Origin: Candidatus Thorarchaeota archaeon
GTDB lineage: Archaea > Asgardarchaeota > Thorarchaeia > Thorarchaeales > Thorarchaeaceae
Direction: 5' to 3'
Assembly (NCBI GenBank): GCA_016933575.1
Contig: JAFGAR010000040.1
Coordinates: 1-64,000, forward strand
DNA length: 64,000 bases
Part shown: piece by piece, positions 63,733-64,000 of the stretch
How positions within the stretch are numbered: position 1 is the first letter of the stretch
How the letters are laid out: every line of letters starts with the position of its first letter
Notes under the pieces: model-generated
What the model saw: only the letters and a program-made list of their open reading frames with translations
What the model was told of the DNA's origin: nothing
Databases searched by the model: none
Translations under genes and position numbers: made by a program

Positions 63733-64000
63733 TGACCCAACAGAAAAAGAGGTGAAAAACGCAATGGGTACTGAACCAAGATCCGCTGCCCATCAATATC
63801 GGGTCGCAAACGCAAAAGGTGACTGCCAAATTAAGTCATCAACACGAGGTGAACGTGTTCTTACGGTCTAGTGACCGTGAGGTACATCCTACTTTTCAGA
63901 GTCTTGTTGCATCATTCTTCAAATTAGCCGAGACTAGAATGAGTGATACGCAAAAGACTGTATTGAGGACAAGTCGTCAGCTATTGAAATTCCGTGATAT
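63733..64000 (+). ncRNA. Candidate structured RNA of unknown class, possibly running off the window
   Basis: Five closely spaced stems; G-U wobbles favour the + strand. Confidence 0.45.

Noticed and set aside
63801-63816. tmRNA-like or c-di-GMP riboswitch-like GTCGCAAACG/GCAAA words
   Set aside because: Only short word matches; the required flanking structures and a tag reading frame are absent.
63939-63968. SECIS element (ATGA...AAAA...GA) for the upstream in-frame TGA
   Set aside because: The stem between ATGA and GA is only about 5-6 bp, it conflicts with a stronger hairpin, and a TAG precedes the TGA anyway.
1-64000. Numerous 60-180 aa ORFs antisense to or nested within the called genes (for example 16881..17432, 18923..19378, 61675..62166)
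   Set aside because: Shadow ORFs of well-supported genes, with no motifs of their own.
1-64000. CRISPR arrays, tRNA/rRNA genes, transposases, integrases
   Set aside because: No regularly spaced repeats, cloverleaf/T-loop signatures, rRNA motifs or mobile-element proteins were seen by eye; a tRNAscan/Infernal run would be needed to exclude them fully.

Overview
Archaeal chromosomal segment, almost certainly from an Asgard archaeon and most consistent with Thorarchaeia. The evidence is two Rab-like GTPases, a roadblock protein, a diphthamide-less EF-2 paralog, PCI-like winged helices, a reductive dehalogenase and many TTG/GTG starts. It holds about 60 tightly packed genes; I saw no tRNA, rRNA, CRISPR array or transposase. 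Housekeeping and metabolic content: mtrA-like/mtrH/methanogenesis marker 14, cofE, larC and larE, PolB2 operon, thyA, class III RNR with a distant activase, tusA-iscS-iscU, speA, proteasome alpha subunit. Most interesting observations: (1) a co-oriented cluster encoding an FG-GAP/BBS-like propeller-PCI protein, a dCache-HAMP-TPR-vWA membrane receptor, an output-less dCache-HAMP partner and arginine decarboxylase; the sensor domains resemble the eukaryotic alpha2delta/CACHD1 Cache domain but carry an altered ligand motif. (2) A Rab / HEAT+adaptin-appendage / WD40 / Rab / roadblock cluster resembling a proto-coatomer, followed by a KaiB-like thioredoxin and a split KaiC pair. (3) A cytoplasmic reductive dehalogenase with an ABCE1-type Fe-S domain, divergent from a corrinoid methyltransferase module that has no substrate methyltransferase. 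(4) Two candidate structured RNAs, one upstream of trx-nrdD and one at the window end. All family assignments are by-eye motif recognition and comparison with remembered sequences; no searches were run.
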